From Clostridia bacterium (GTDB lineage Bacteria > Bacillota > Clostridia > Oscillospirales > CAG-272), in assembly GCA_017473085.1 (NCBI GenBank), contig JAFUNF010000011.1, positions 111,876 to 175,875 on the forward strand: a stretch of DNA of 64,000 nucleotides, in the 5' to 3' direction. The notes below the pieces were generated by a model, which had not been told where the DNA came from, made no database searches, and saw only the letters and a program-made list of their open reading frames with translations. Both the position numbers and the translations under genes were made by a program. Below, piece by piece: positions 1-9,290 of the stretch; the first letter of the stretch is position 1; each line of letters opens with the position of its first letter.

Positions 1-1029
1 ACCTTCAATGACGATTTGGTAATGGATTTGTACTCCTTAGAGGGTGTAGAAATGACCGCTTACGAAATCGACCTAATCTTAGGACCTGGTATCAATATTC
101 ACAGAAGCCCACTAAACGGCAGAAACTTCGAGTATTTCTCCGAGGACCCATACCTAACAGGTAAAATGGCAAGCGCTATCTCTAAGGGTCTTAACAGAGT
201 TGGTGTATATGCAACAATCAAGCACTTTATGGCAAATAGCCAAGAGTGGTATAGACATACAAACGACTCCGTCCTTTCCGAAAGAGCAGTGCGTGAAATC
301 TACGCACGTCCCTTCGAAATTGCTGTAAAGGAGGGTGGCGTTAAATCTATTATGACAGCCTATAATGCAGTAAACGGCTACCACGCAGCCTCAAACTACG
401 ACCTTACTAAAACCCTACTTCGTGACGATTGGGGCTATGAGGGCTTTGTTATGACAGACTGGTGGGCACATATTACAAATCTTGATAAATCTACAAGCAC
501 AAGCGACTTTGCAAGCATGGTTAAGGCACAAAACGACATTTATATGGTTATGGAAAACGCAAGAACAAATAACGATAACCTAATGGCATCCTTAGAAAAT
601 GGCTATCTGACTGTGGGCGAGCTTCAGGTGTGCGCAAAGAGAATTTGCGAAATCGCAATGATTACCCACGCATATGAACGCTTTAAGGCAAGTGGCTTTA
701 AGTATGATATTTCAACTCTTGATACCTCCTCAATGACTCCTTTGGTTGAATTTAAGGACGTTGTACTTGGCACACCAAACCAAGCAGAATTTACAAAAGC
801 AGGCAAGTACGTGGCTGAAATTGAGTTTTCAACACCACTTTCTGAGCTTGCACAAATCAAAATTCCTGTAACTCTTGATAAAACTGAGGCTTGTACTCTT
901 GTTGCTAAGGGTACAAACGGAAAAACAGGCATTGCAAAGGCACCTATCTCAATTATGTGGGGCAAGCACAATATTGTATTTAACTCAGAGGCAGACGTAA
1001 AAATCACAAGTGTTAAATTCTTGATTTAA
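1..1029 (+). CDS. Glycoside hydrolase family 3 enzyme (beta-glucosidase-like), N-terminus cut by window edge
   Basis: Frame is open from nt 1, with no stop before the ORF-track start at 16. Translation carries GH3-type blocks GPGINIHRSPLNGRNFEYFSEDP, IKHF and GFVMTDWW. Confidence 0.8.
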   Translation, partial: TFNDDLVMDLYSLEGVEMTAYEIDLILGPGINIHRSPLNGRNFEYFSEDPYLTGKMASAISKGLNRVGVYATIKHFMANSQEWYRHTNDSVLSERAVREIYARPFEIAVKEGGVKSIMTAYNAVNGYHAASNYDLTKTLLRDDWGYEGFVMTDWWAHITNLDKSTSTSDFASMVKAQNDIYMVMENARTNNDNLMASLENGYLTVGELQVCAKRICEIAMITHAYERFKASGFKYDISTLDTSSMTPLVEFKDVVLGTPNQAEFTKAGKYVAEIEFSTPLSELAQIKIPVTLDKTEACTLVAKGTNGKTGIAKAPISIMWGKHNIVFNSEADVKITSVKFLI

Positions 1030-1039
1030 GGGTGATAAA

Positions 1040-1561
1040 ATGAGAAACGTATTAGTAGTAGTCGATATGCAAAACGACTTTATAAATGGCTCCTTAGGTA
1101 CAGCCGAGGCACAAGCAATTTTACCTAACGTGCTTAAGCTTGTAAAGGACTTTGAGGGCGAAATTATTTTTACAAAGGATACCCACGAGACAAATTATTT
1201 AGACACAAAAGAGGGTAAAAATCTACCCGTTGAGCATTGTATTAAGAACACACAGGGGTGGGAAATAGCAGATTGCCTTTTGCCCTACGCAAAGGTAGTT
1301 ATTGAAAAGCCTACCTTTGGTAGCCTTGTGCTAATAGAAAAGCTACAAGAGCTTGACAAGGAAGAAAAAATTGAAACTATAACCTTTGTAGGACTTTGCA
1401 CCGACATTTGCGTGATTTCAAACGTATTGCTTACAAAATCAGCCTTTTTAGAGGCAGAAATTATAGTTGACGCATCCTCTTGTGCAGGTGTTACCCCTCA
1501 AAGCCATAAAAATGCACTTGAAGCTATGAAAATGTGTCAAATTAAAATAGTTGGCGAGTAA
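1040..1561 (+). CDS. Isochorismatase-family cysteine hydrolase (nicotinamidase-like)
   Basis: VVVDMQNDF near the N-terminus and GLCTDICV (catalytic Cys context) are typical of the isochorismatase/nicotinamidase fold. Confidence 0.75.
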   Translation: MRNVLVVVDMQNDFINGSLGTAEAQAILPNVLKLVKDFEGEIIFTKDTHETNYLDTKEGKNLPVEHCIKNTQGWEIADCLLPYAKVVIEKPTFGSLVLIEKLQELDKEEKIETITFVGLCTDICVISNVLLTKSAFLEAEIIVDASSCAGVTPQSHKNALEAMKMCQIKIVGE

Positions 1562-1623
1562 ATATTGAAATGATAATATAATTGTGATAAAATAAAATAT
1601 AATAAATTTAAGGAGATAATATT

Positions 1624-1965
1624 ATGGCAGACGAAAAGAACTTCCCAGAGGAAATCGGCGAGGACGAATTTGCAGATGACGATATAGTAACTCTTATTTC
1701 AGGCGATGGCGAGGAAATCGACTTTGTTGAAATTGCAGGCATTGCTCATCAAGGCGAATTTTATGCAATTCTTCAACCTGTTGAATTGCTCGAGGGTATG
1801 GCAGACGACGAGGCGCTTGTTTTCCATGTAACAAGAAACGAGGAGACAGGAGACGACAAGTTTGAAATCGTGCTTGACGACGAAATAATCGACATCGTAT
1901 TCCAAAAGTACAACGAGCTTCTTGATAACGTTGATAAGAATGACGACGGAGAAGACGAGGAATAA
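1624..1965 (+). CDS. DUF1292-like small acidic protein
   Basis: 113 aa and very acidic. The central block DGEEIDFVEIAGIAHQGEFYAILQPVE resembles DUF1292. An aaggaga RBS lies upstream and a hairpin terminator follows. Confidence 0.6.
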   Translation: MADEKNFPEEIGEDEFADDDIVTLISGDGEEIDFVEIAGIAHQGEFYAILQPVELLEGMADDEALVFHVTRNEETGDDKFEIVLDDEIIDIVFQKYNELLDNVDKNDDGEDEE

Positions 1966-1973
1966 TTAAAAAA

Positions 1974-1996
1974 CGGACACTCTGTGTCCGTTTTTT
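1974..1996 (+). terminator. Rho-independent terminator
   Basis: Stem CGGACAC/GTGTCCG with a 3-nt loop, followed by a T6 run. Confidence 0.7.
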
Positions 1997-2071
1997 ATTG
2001 TTTTCAAGTCCTTCTTGACTAAATTGGAAATATATGCTAAAATACTATATAGAATAAAACAGGAGGGGAAT

Positions 2072-2749
2072 ATGTCACTTAAAATATACAGAGATAAATT
2101 AGCCGAGCTTGTAAGACAGCTTAAGCTTTTAGCTTTTGTGTTTTTAGTTGAGCTACAAAGCTTAAATATATTGTTCCCTCTCCTTCTTGTACTGATAGGT
2201 ATAGGAGTTGTTCCGGTAAACTGCGTGCTTGCGGGAGTATCGTGCCTGCTTCTTGTATTCACCATTGTTAGACATTTCCAAGAGAGTAAGATTTTGCAAA
2301 CTGTAAAAAAAACAGTTGACAGAGTGTGCAGAATTATTAAAATTCTTGCAAAGGCTGTTTCCTTAGGTATATCAATCTATGGTATAGTAATCATTATAAA
2401 CGATGTTAATTGGTTTTCTGTGCTTGTGGTTGTTGTTTCTGCAATTTTATGGATAATACAGGTGGTTATTGAGATTGTTCGTCAAATCCTCGAAAGACAA
2501 CTTGCAATATTGACACAAAGAGTGAAGGACGACTACCAAAAGGCGAAGGAAAAAACAAGTCAGGTAAAGGATAATGTTGGCAATTTCGTGAAATGCTTAA
2601 GAGGGGACGAGGATGCAGATAAAACTAGGGTTTCCTCAACTCAACAAAAAGCAATTGACATATTTGAAAAAGGGAAAACCACCTTTGTCGGTGCAAAAAA
2701 CGCGATAGTGGATAAAATAAAGAAAAAGCCAAGTGATGAGAATAAATAA
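2072..2749 (+). CDS. Hypothetical multi-pass membrane protein with charged C-terminal tail
   Basis: Start moved to ATG 2072, directly behind RBS aggagggg; the ORF-track start 2015 has no RBS. The protein has several hydrophobic segments. No family recognised. Confidence 0.5.
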   Translation: MSLKIYRDKLAELVRQLKLLAFVFLVELQSLNILFPLLLVLIGIGVVPVNCVLAGVSCLLLVFTIVRHFQESKILQTVKKTVDRVCRIIKILAKAVSLGISIYGIVIIINDVNWFSVLVVVVSAILWIIQVVIEIVRQILERQLAILTQRVKDDYQKAKEKTSQVKDNVGNFVKCLRGDEDADKTRVSSTQQKAIDIFEKGKTTFVGAKNAIVDKIKKKPSDENK

Positions 2750-2783
2750 AAGGAAGTGTGAAATTATCACACTTCCTTTTTTG

Positions 2784-4214
2784 TTATCTTGCGTATATAG
2801 TGTTCCAGTGCTTAAGCTTTTCCTTGTCAATTTTTTCAAATTGCTCCTTAGTAATTCTAAAGGACCAGTTGTCGTCACAGCTACCAGGTGTATTAAGACG
2901 TGTATCCTTACCATACTTCAAAAGGTCTTGAACGGGGAAGATTACAAGTCCTGCGTGAGATGCAAGCATTGAACGAATAACAGTATCGTAGCAGTTATCC
3001 CAATTGTCCCCCTCATAGCCAAAATAGCTTAGAAAATGCTTTCTTTTATTCTCGTCAAGGTCCCAAACGTAGCCAAGAAGAGTATTGTTGTCGTGTGTGC
3101 CTGTGTAGGCAACGCAATTGTTAGGATAATTGTGGGGTAGGTGCATTGAATTGTCCTCACCCAAAAGTCCAAATTGCAAAACTCTCATACCAGGATAGGT
3201 GCTATCCTTAACAAGCCTTTCAACCTCAGGAGTTATTTCTCCCAAGTCCTCTGCAATTATCAGCTTATCCTTGCAAACGCCCTTAAGAGCATTGATAAGG
3301 GACATACCTGGACCCTTAACCCAAACACCATTTTTAGCAGTTTTCTCGGTTGATGGTATTGAAAAATAGGACTCTAAGCCTCTGAAATGGTCAATTCTTA
3401 CACCATCGAAAAGCTCACACATAAAGCTCATACGCTGAACCCACCAGGAGTAATTGTCCTTCTTCATTTTGTCCCAATCGTACAAGGGGTTTCCCCAAAG
3501 CTGTCCGTCCTCGCTAAAGTAATCGGGTGGCACGCCTGCAACGTTAGTTGGTCGAAGATTTTCGTCAAGCTGAAACTGCTCAGGATTTGCCCAAACGTCA
3601 GAGGAATCAAGGGCAACGTAAATAGGCACGTCACCTATAATTTTAACACCCCTCTTGTTAGCATACTCCTTAATCTCAAGCCATTGAGTAATAGCCATAT
3701 ACTGTATAAATTTCCAAGCGTGCAAGGAATCCTTGCTAGGCTTTGTATTGGTCCATTCCGTCCACTCCCTGCCACCATTTGCTTCCTTCAGTGCCATAAA
3801 CTCGCAAAAGCGTTCAGTTTGCTTGTGACTCTTGTAAAACTCCTCTAACTTCTTAGTCTCTAAAAACCTTGTAGATGCCTTCCTTAAAAGCTTTAATCTG
3901 TCACGATTAAGCTTTTCAAATTCGCAAGCAAAGGGACTTTTTTGCTTAGCCTCTTGTAGCTCACTCCTTGTAATTAATTCCTTAGTGTGTAGCTTTTCAA
4001 TATCAATAAAATTAGGGTTTACTGAAAAGGCACTAAAGGATTTATATGGGGAATTATATTCATCAGGTAAGCAGAAGGGTAAAACCTGCCAATACTTAAA
4101 TTTACATTCACTTAAAAAATCTATCCATTCCTTAGCACTTTTCGAAAAAGCACCCTCAGAAAAATCTCCCCAAAGGGAAGACACGTGCATTAAAACGCCA
4201 CTACCTCTTTCCAT
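2784..4214 (-). CDS. malQ: 4-alpha-glucanotransferase (amylomaltase, GH77)
   Basis: N-terminus MERGSGVLMHVSSLWG, then PDYFSEDGQLWGNPLYDW and VRIDHFRG blocks typical of MalQ. Start set at ATG 4214, behind an aaggaga RBS. Confidence 0.9.
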   Translation of the reverse strand: MERGSGVLMHVSSLWGDFSEGAFSKSAKEWIDFLSECKFKYWQVLPFCLPDEYNSPYKSFSAFSVNPNFIDIEKLHTKELITRSELQEAKQKSPFACEFEKLNRDRLKLLRKASTRFLETKKLEEFYKSHKQTERFCEFMALKEANGGREWTEWTNTKPSKDSLHAWKFIQYMAITQWLEIKEYANKRGVKIIGDVPIYVALDSSDVWANPEQFQLDENLRPTNVAGVPPDYFSEDGQLWGNPLYDWDKMKKDNYSWWVQRMSFMCELFDGVRIDHFRGLESYFSIPSTEKTAKNGVWVKGPGMSLINALKGVCKDKLIIAEDLGEITPEVERLVKDSTYPGMRVLQFGLLGEDNSMHLPHNYPNNCVAYTGTHDNNTLLGYVWDLDENKRKHFLSYFGYEGDNWDNCYDTVIRSMLASHAGLVIFPVQDLLKYGKDTRLNTPGSCDDNWSFRITKEQFEKIDKEKLKHWNTIYAR

Positions 4215-4371
4215 GAAAAATCTCCTTGTATAAAAGCTTAATATATAATATTCTATCACACAACAATTGATAATTCAATTAATTTTTAGTGCAAATTTGT
4301 TACAAATGTTTGAGCATTACGTCGTGTAATTTATAAAGATAACTAAAAAAATGAAAATAGAAAAAACATAA

Positions 4372-4400
4372 TTGACAATAGATGCAAAATAAGGTATAAT
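4372..4400 (+). promoter_or_regulatory. Consensus sigma-A promoter (TTGACA-17-TATAAT)
   Basis: TTGACA at 4372-4377, an exact 17-nt spacer, TATAAT at 4395-4400. It lies 72 nt upstream of the HMA gene. Confidence 0.7.
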
Positions 4401-4405
4401 ACTGA

Positions 4406-4458
4406 TGGTTAGCTTTGACTAACCATTAAATTTAATTTTAGGTTAGTTTAAGCTAACC
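4406..4458 (+). promoter_or_regulatory. Two related palindromes GGTTAG-N6-CTAACC (candidate operator pair or 5' UTR hairpins)
   Basis: TGGTTAGctttgaCTAACCA at 4406-4425 starts at the predicted TSS. GGTTAGtttaagCTAACC at 4441-4458 lies just before the RBS. The arms are conserved and the loops differ. Confidence 0.5.
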
Positions 4459-4471
4459 GAAGGAGGCTTAT

Positions 4472-4717
4472 ATGTATAAATGCACAATACAAATAGACGG
4501 AATGGCATGTGGTATGTGTGAGGCACATGTTAATAGTGCTGTTCGCAAGGTAATCAATGCAAAGAAGGTAACTTCATCTCACAAAAAGGGAACAACGGAG
4601 ATTATAGCACAAGTAATTGATGAAGTAGCCTTGAAAAAAGCCATAGAGGAAACTGGTTACAGAGTTTTAAGTATAAAAACAGAGAATTATGTAAAAAAGG
4701 GCTTGTTTTCGTTTTAA
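4472..4717 (+). CDS. Heavy-metal-associated (HMA) domain protein
   Basis: GMACGMCEAHV is an MxCxxC metal-binding motif in an 81-aa protein. RBS is aaggagg. Confidence 0.8.
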   Translation: MYKCTIQIDGMACGMCEAHVNSAVRKVINAKKVTSSHKKGTTEIIAQVIDEVALKKAIEETGYRVLSIKTENYVKKGLFSF

Positions 4718-4726
4718 GGAGCAGTA

Positions 4727-6463
4727 ATGATAGACAAAGATTTATTAAAGCTATTAGGAAAGAATAAAAGGTATATCTTCTATACAGTTGCACTAATGGT
4801 AGTAGGCTTGCTTGCCAATGTAACTATTACGGCAAGCATTTGTTGGGCAATTTTTATGGTTGTGAATTATGGCAATCCCTTTACACCGATAAGCTTTATC
4901 TACCCGATAATAACAATAATAGCTGGCATTGTTGTGCGTTACATTTCAACTCGTCTTGTAGGAGAGCTAAAGGACACAATAGGTCGCAGGGCGAAAAAGG
5001 ACCTAAGAGAGCAGGTATATAACAAAATTGTAAGGCTCGGTGTTCGTTCTACCGACGAAATGAGTATGGCAGGACTTACACAAATTTCAATGGAGGGAAT
5101 AGAACAGCTTGACCTTTATTATTCCTCTTACATACCACAGTTCTTCTATTCAATGATAGCACCTGTAATTTTGTTTTGCATAACCGTAGGAATTGAATAT
5201 AGAGTGGCACTTGTGCTTCTTTTGTGCGTACCCTTAATACCAATTTCAATTATTGCAGTATCCAAATATGCAAAGAAAATCTTTGCAAAATATTGGGGAA
5301 AATACACCTCTATGGGAGATAGCTTTCTTGATAGCGTGCAGGGACTTAAGGAATTAAAAATATTTAAGGCTGACCAAAACCAGCACCAAAAAATGAACGA
5401 AAGCTCCGAGGATTTCAGAAAAATAACGATGAAGGTATTGGTAATGCAGCTTGCAAGCACTACAATTATGGATTTAGTTGCCTATGGTGGAGCAGGAGTT
5501 GGAATTGCATTAGCCGTAACAGGTATATTTGCTTGGGGATTAAATCCAATACTTGCCCTTTTCTTAATTTTAGTAGCAGTTGATTTCTTCTTACCTCTTC
5601 GTGCCTTTGGCTCTGCCTTTCACGTGGCAATGAATGGAGTGTCAGCAGGTAAAAAAATCCTTTCACTCCTCGAAAAGCCAGACCCAATATGGGGAGAGGA
5701 AAAGGTTACTGATACAGAGCTTTCACTCAATAACATAGATTTTTCCTATGACGGAAAAAGAAACGTTTTAAAAAATATAACAATGAGCTTCCCTAAAACA
5801 GGTATGACAGCAATAGTTGGAGAAAGTGGCTGTGGAAAGTCAACGATTGTAAATCTTTTGTATGGTGGAATAAGAGCAAAAAACGGACAGGTTCTTGTTG
5901 GTGGAAAGGAGCTTGAGGGCTTAAATCGTGAAAGCTACTATTCCCATCTGGCAGTTGTAAGCTATAACACCTATATTTTTAACGAATCCATACGTTCAAA
6001 CTTTCAGCTTGCTAAGTCTGATGTAACCGACGAGGAAATATATTCAGCCTTGGAAAAGGTAAATCTTTCAGACTTCGTTTTGCAAAACGGAGGACTAAAC
6101 AAGGTAATTACCGAGGATGCAAGCAATATTTCAGGAGGACAAAAGCAAAGATTAGCCCTTGCAATAAGCCTTGTTTCAAGCAAGGATGTTTATATCTTTG
6201 ACGAGGCTACAAGCAACATTGATATAGAGAGTGAAGCAATCATAATGCGAAATATAAAAGAGCTTTCAAGGAATAAGTCGGTAATTGTAATTTCTCACAG
6301 ACTTGCCAACGTCATTCCCTCTGATAAGATTTATTATATGGAAGCAGGAGAGCTTAAGGAAACAGGCACACACCAGGAGCTTATAAAGCTTGAGGGTGGA
6401 TATGCACGACTCTTTATGGCACAGAAAAGACTGGAAAATGGTTATTGTGAGGAGGTACAGTGA
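4727..6463 (+). CDS. ABC exporter, fused permease/ATPase (CydD-like half transporter)
   Basis: N-terminal TM domain followed by Walker A GESGCGKST, signature ISGGQKQR and Walker B VYIFDEATS. Confidence 0.85.
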   Translation: MIDKDLLKLLGKNKRYIFYTVALMVVGLLANVTITASICWAIFMVVNYGNPFTPISFIYPIITIIAGIVVRYISTRLVGELKDTIGRRAKKDLREQVYNKIVRLGVRSTDEMSMAGLTQISMEGIEQLDLYYSSYIPQFFYSMIAPVILFCITVGIEYRVALVLLLCVPLIPISIIAVSKYAKKIFAKYWGKYTSMGDSFLDSVQGLKELKIFKADQNQHQKMNESSEDFRKITMKVLVMQLASTTIMDLVAYGGAGVGIALAVTGIFAWGLNPILALFLILVAVDFFLPLRAFGSAFHVAMNGVSAGKKILSLLEKPDPIWGEEKVTDTELSLNNIDFSYDGKRNVLKNITMSFPKTGMTAIVGESGCGKSTIVNLLYGGIRAKNGQVLVGGKELEGLNRESYYSHLAVVSYNTYIFNESIRSNFQLAKSDVTDEEIYSALEKVNLSDFVLQNGGLNKVITEDASNISGGQKQRLALAISLVSSKDVYIFDEATSNIDIESEAIIMRNIKELSRNKSVIVISHRLANVIPSDKIYYMEAGELKETGTHQELIKLEGGYARLFMAQKRLENGYCEEVQ

Positions 6464-8154
6464 TGAAAAAACAGGCTAAGCTTCGCAGAAGTGGAGCAAA
6501 AATAATGGCTAGCCTAATTTTATTACTGGGTAGCCTTTCATACATAATGATTTTAGCAGTTATTAACGGGTCAATTGGCTTTGTTTGTGCAATGGGTGTA
6601 ACACTGTTCGGTGCAGTCGGTGTTGCCAAGGCATTGGGCGAGGCAATAGCGCTTTCGTACGGTTGGATTATTGCCCTTGCAATTGGCTGTGGTGTATTAC
6701 GTGGACTTCTTCGCTACCTTGAGCAATATAGTAACCACTACATTGCCTTTAGGCTTCTTGCCACCTTGCGAGATAAAATCTTTGGAGCACTCAGAACCTT
6801 GTGCCCTGCCAAGCTCGAAAGCAAGCAAAAGGGTAGCATTATAGCAATGATAACCTCCGATATAGAAACCCTTGAGGTTTTCTATGCCCATACAATATCT
6901 CCAATATGTATCGCTGTGGTAGTATCCCTCTCTGTATTCTTATTCGTAGGCTTTGTATCAAGCTGGTACTTGGCGCTTATTGCTCTTATTGGCTTTTTAA
7001 CCATAGGTATAATAGTTCCACTCATCTCCTCAAGTGCACTAAAGGAATCTGGTGTTAGATATAGAAAAGAGTTTTCGTCCTTCAATGGATACTTTCTTGA
7101 TAGCATAAAGGGAATTAAGGATATAGTTTTAAACAATACGGGAAGTAAGCGAAAAGACGAGGTAAATGCTCGTTCAGTTGTCTTACTTAAGGAAACCAAA
7201 AAAATGAAAAGAAACACAACCAAGGCAAGTGCAATAACAGAGCTATTGGTATCGCTATTTATCGTAGCAACCCTTGCAGTAGGCATCGCTTTGGTAATAA
7301 ACGGCTTGTCTGTCGGCAAAATGATAATAGGCGTTGTTGGTGTGTTTGGCTCCTTCGGACCTGTAATTGCCATATCAGCCCTGCCAGGCAACTTAACACA
7401 AACCTTTGCCTCAGGCGATAGAGTTTTGAATTTGCTATCTGAAAAGCCTGCCGTTTCCCCTGTTGTGAATGGAGCAGGCTTTGAATATCAAGACTTGAAG
7501 GTAGAAAATTTGAGCTTTTCCTACGATAAAGAAAGGGAAATTTTAACCGACATCAAAATGCACGCACAAAAGGGCGAGATAATAGGAATTGTGGGCGAAA
7601 GTGGTTGTGGAAAATCAACGTTTTTGAAGCTACTGCTTCGCTTTTGGCAAAAGGATAAGGGTGCTATCAAATATAATAACATAGATATTGATAATGTTGA
7701 CGAAAATAGCCTGTTAGACAATGTAACAATGGTAAGTCAGGTAACCTATTTGTTTGACGATACCATAGAAGAAAATTTACGTGTAGCCAAACGAGATGCA
7801 ACAAATGAGGAAATGGAGAATGCCTGCAAAATGGCTTCAATTCACGACTTTATAATGACATTACCACAGGGCTACCAAACTAAGGTCGGAGCATTAGGCG
7901 ATAATTTATCAGCTGGAGAAAAGCAAAGAATAGGATTAGCTCGTGCATTCCTGCGAGGAAGTGAACTTATTTTACTCGATGAGCCAACAAGCAACGTTGA
8001 TAGCATAAACGAGGGAATAATTCTTAAGGCACTTAAGGAGCAAAAAAATAAGAAAAGCATTATTCTTGTATCTCACAGGGAATCTACTATGGCAATTGCA
8101 GACCGTATATATAACGTAAAAGATGGAAAAATGTATGAACAAAAAAGAGCTTGA
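6460..8154 (+). CDS. ABC exporter, fused permease/ATPase (CydC-like partner)
   Basis: The start overlaps the upstream stop by 4 nt. Carries Walker A GESGCGKST, signature LSAGEKQR and Walker B LILLDEPTS. Confidence 0.85.
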   Translation: MMKKQAKLRRSGAKIMASLILLLGSLSYIMILAVINGSIGFVCAMGVTLFGAVGVAKALGEAIALSYGWIIALAIGCGVLRGLLRYLEQYSNHYIAFRLLATLRDKIFGALRTLCPAKLESKQKGSIIAMITSDIETLEVFYAHTISPICIAVVVSLSVFLFVGFVSSWYLALIALIGFLTIGIIVPLISSSALKESGVRYRKEFSSFNGYFLDSIKGIKDIVLNNTGSKRKDEVNARSVVLLKETKKMKRNTTKASAITELLVSLFIVATLAVGIALVINGLSVGKMIIGVVGVFGSFGPVIAISALPGNLTQTFASGDRVLNLLSEKPAVSPVVNGAGFEYQDLKVENLSFSYDKEREILTDIKMHAQKGEIIGIVGESGCGKSTFLKLLLRFWQKDKGAIKYNNIDIDNVDENSLLDNVTMVSQVTYLFDDTIEENLRVAKRDATNEEMENACKMASIHDFIMTLPQGYQTKVGALGDNLSAGEKQRIGLARAFLRGSELILLDEPTSNVDSINEGIILKALKEQKNKKSIILVSHRESTMAIADRIYNVKDGKMYEQKRA

Positions 8155-8482
8155 CAGTAAAAGAGAAAGAGAAAAAAGAGTAGTAGGCTTGATGATAAGG
8201 CTCTATTGCAGAAAAAAGCACAAAACGAAAAAGGAGCTTTGTCCTGAGTGTCAAAATCTTCTTGATTACGCACGTGAAAGAAGCGATAGATGTCCATTTA
8301 TGGAAACAAAAACCTTTTGCTCTAATTGTAGAGTTCATTGCTATAAGGCTCAAATGCGTGAAAAAATCCGTCAGGTTATGAAATTTTCAGGACCAAGAAT
8401 GGTGCTTTATCATCCTATTTTAGCAATAAAGCATTTGATTGAAAGCAAAAAGGAAAAAAGACAGATTGAGAGGGATAAATAA
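8135..8482 (+). CDS. Cys-rich small protein resembling the nitrous-oxide-stimulated-promoter (YgbA_NO) family
   Basis: The pattern CPECQNLLDYARERSDRCPFMETKTFCSNCRVHCY matches my recollection of the YgbA_NO family. The start is uncertain (8123 or 8135) and overlaps the upstream ABC gene. Confidence 0.55.
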   Translation: MNKKELDSKREREKRVVGLMIRLYCRKKHKTKKELCPECQNLLDYARERSDRCPFMETKTFCSNCRVHCYKAQMREKIRQVMKFSGPRMVLYHPILAIKHLIESKKEKRQIERDK

Positions 8483-8916
8483 TGAAGGTTAAAAAAATAG
8501 TGTTTATTGTATTAGGCTGTATAGGCTTAGCACTTGGTGCTGTTGGTGCCGTACTCCCAATGCTTCCTGCGTTTCCGTTTTTGCTCGTGGCATTAATATG
8601 CTTTGGTAAAAGCTCTGAAAGACTACATAAATGGTTTGTTGGCACTAAGCTTTATAAAAATAATCTTGAATCCTTTGTCAAGGGGCAGGGTATGACCTGG
8701 AAAACAAAAATCAAAATAATGATAACAGTAACTCTTTTAATGACCTTTGGCTTTGTAATGATGTTTTTAAAGGAGCTATACATTCCCTGTGGAATACTTG
8801 CAGGAGTATGGCTTTTCCATATAATATATTTCTGTTGTGTAAAAACATTAAGAAAAAAGAATGACGCTACAACCGAAGAAAAAGATACGCAAAAACCCGT
8901 AGAGGAAAATCCATAG
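8482..8916 (+). CDS. DUF454/YbaN-family membrane protein
   Basis: The N-terminus LPMLPAFPFLLVALICFGKSSERLHKWF is typical of YbaN-like proteins. ATG overlaps the upstream stop. Confidence 0.65.
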   Translation: MKVKKIVFIVLGCIGLALGAVGAVLPMLPAFPFLLVALICFGKSSERLHKWFVGTKLYKNNLESFVKGQGMTWKTKIKIMITVTLLMTFGFVMMFLKELYIPCGILAGVWLFHIIYFCCVKTLRKKNDATTEEKDTQKPVEENP

Positions 8917-8961
8917 AATAAAAAAACGACAAAAGCTTACAAAATAGTCTTTTGTCGTTTT

Positions 8962-9174
8962 TTATTTTGCTTTATATCTTTCCTTAACGTCAGTTTCTCC
9001 TACTAAATAGTCTAAGCTTGTGTTGTAAAATCTTGCTAACTTGATAAGCACGTCAATAGGTATTTGCCTGTGACCATTTTCGTATTGTGAATAGGTGTTT
9101 TGCTTTATATGGAGATAATCAGCAATCGCTTTTTGAGTTAAATCCGAATCCTCTCTTAAATCTCTTATTCGCAT
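8962..9174 (-). CDS. XRE-family helix-turn-helix transcriptional regulator
   Basis: MRIRDLREDSDLTQKAIADYLHIKQNTYSQYENG is a classic Cro/CI HTH. Start set at 9174, behind a gaggag RBS. Confidence 0.85.
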   Translation of the reverse strand: MRIRDLREDSDLTQKAIADYLHIKQNTYSQYENGHRQIPIDVLIKLARFYNTSLDYLVGETDVKERYKAK

Positions 9175-9216
9175 AAGCACTCCTCTGTAAAGTTTGTATA
9201 TGATTATTATATAAAA

Positions 9217-9260
9217 TCTCAACTTGAGATATTGACATTTATCTCAAATTGTGATATTAT
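9217..9260 (+). promoter_or_regulatory. Promoter TTGACA-17-TATTAT with two TCTCAA/TTGAGA-type palindromes (probable XRE operators)
   Basis: TCTCAAcTTGAGA at 9217-9229. TTGACA at 9232-9237, a 17-nt spacer, TATTAT at 9255-9260. ATCTCAAaTTGTGAT at 9241-9255 lies inside the spacer. Confidence 0.5.
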
Positions 9261-9290
9261 TTATATAAATACATAAAAAGGAGAACAACT

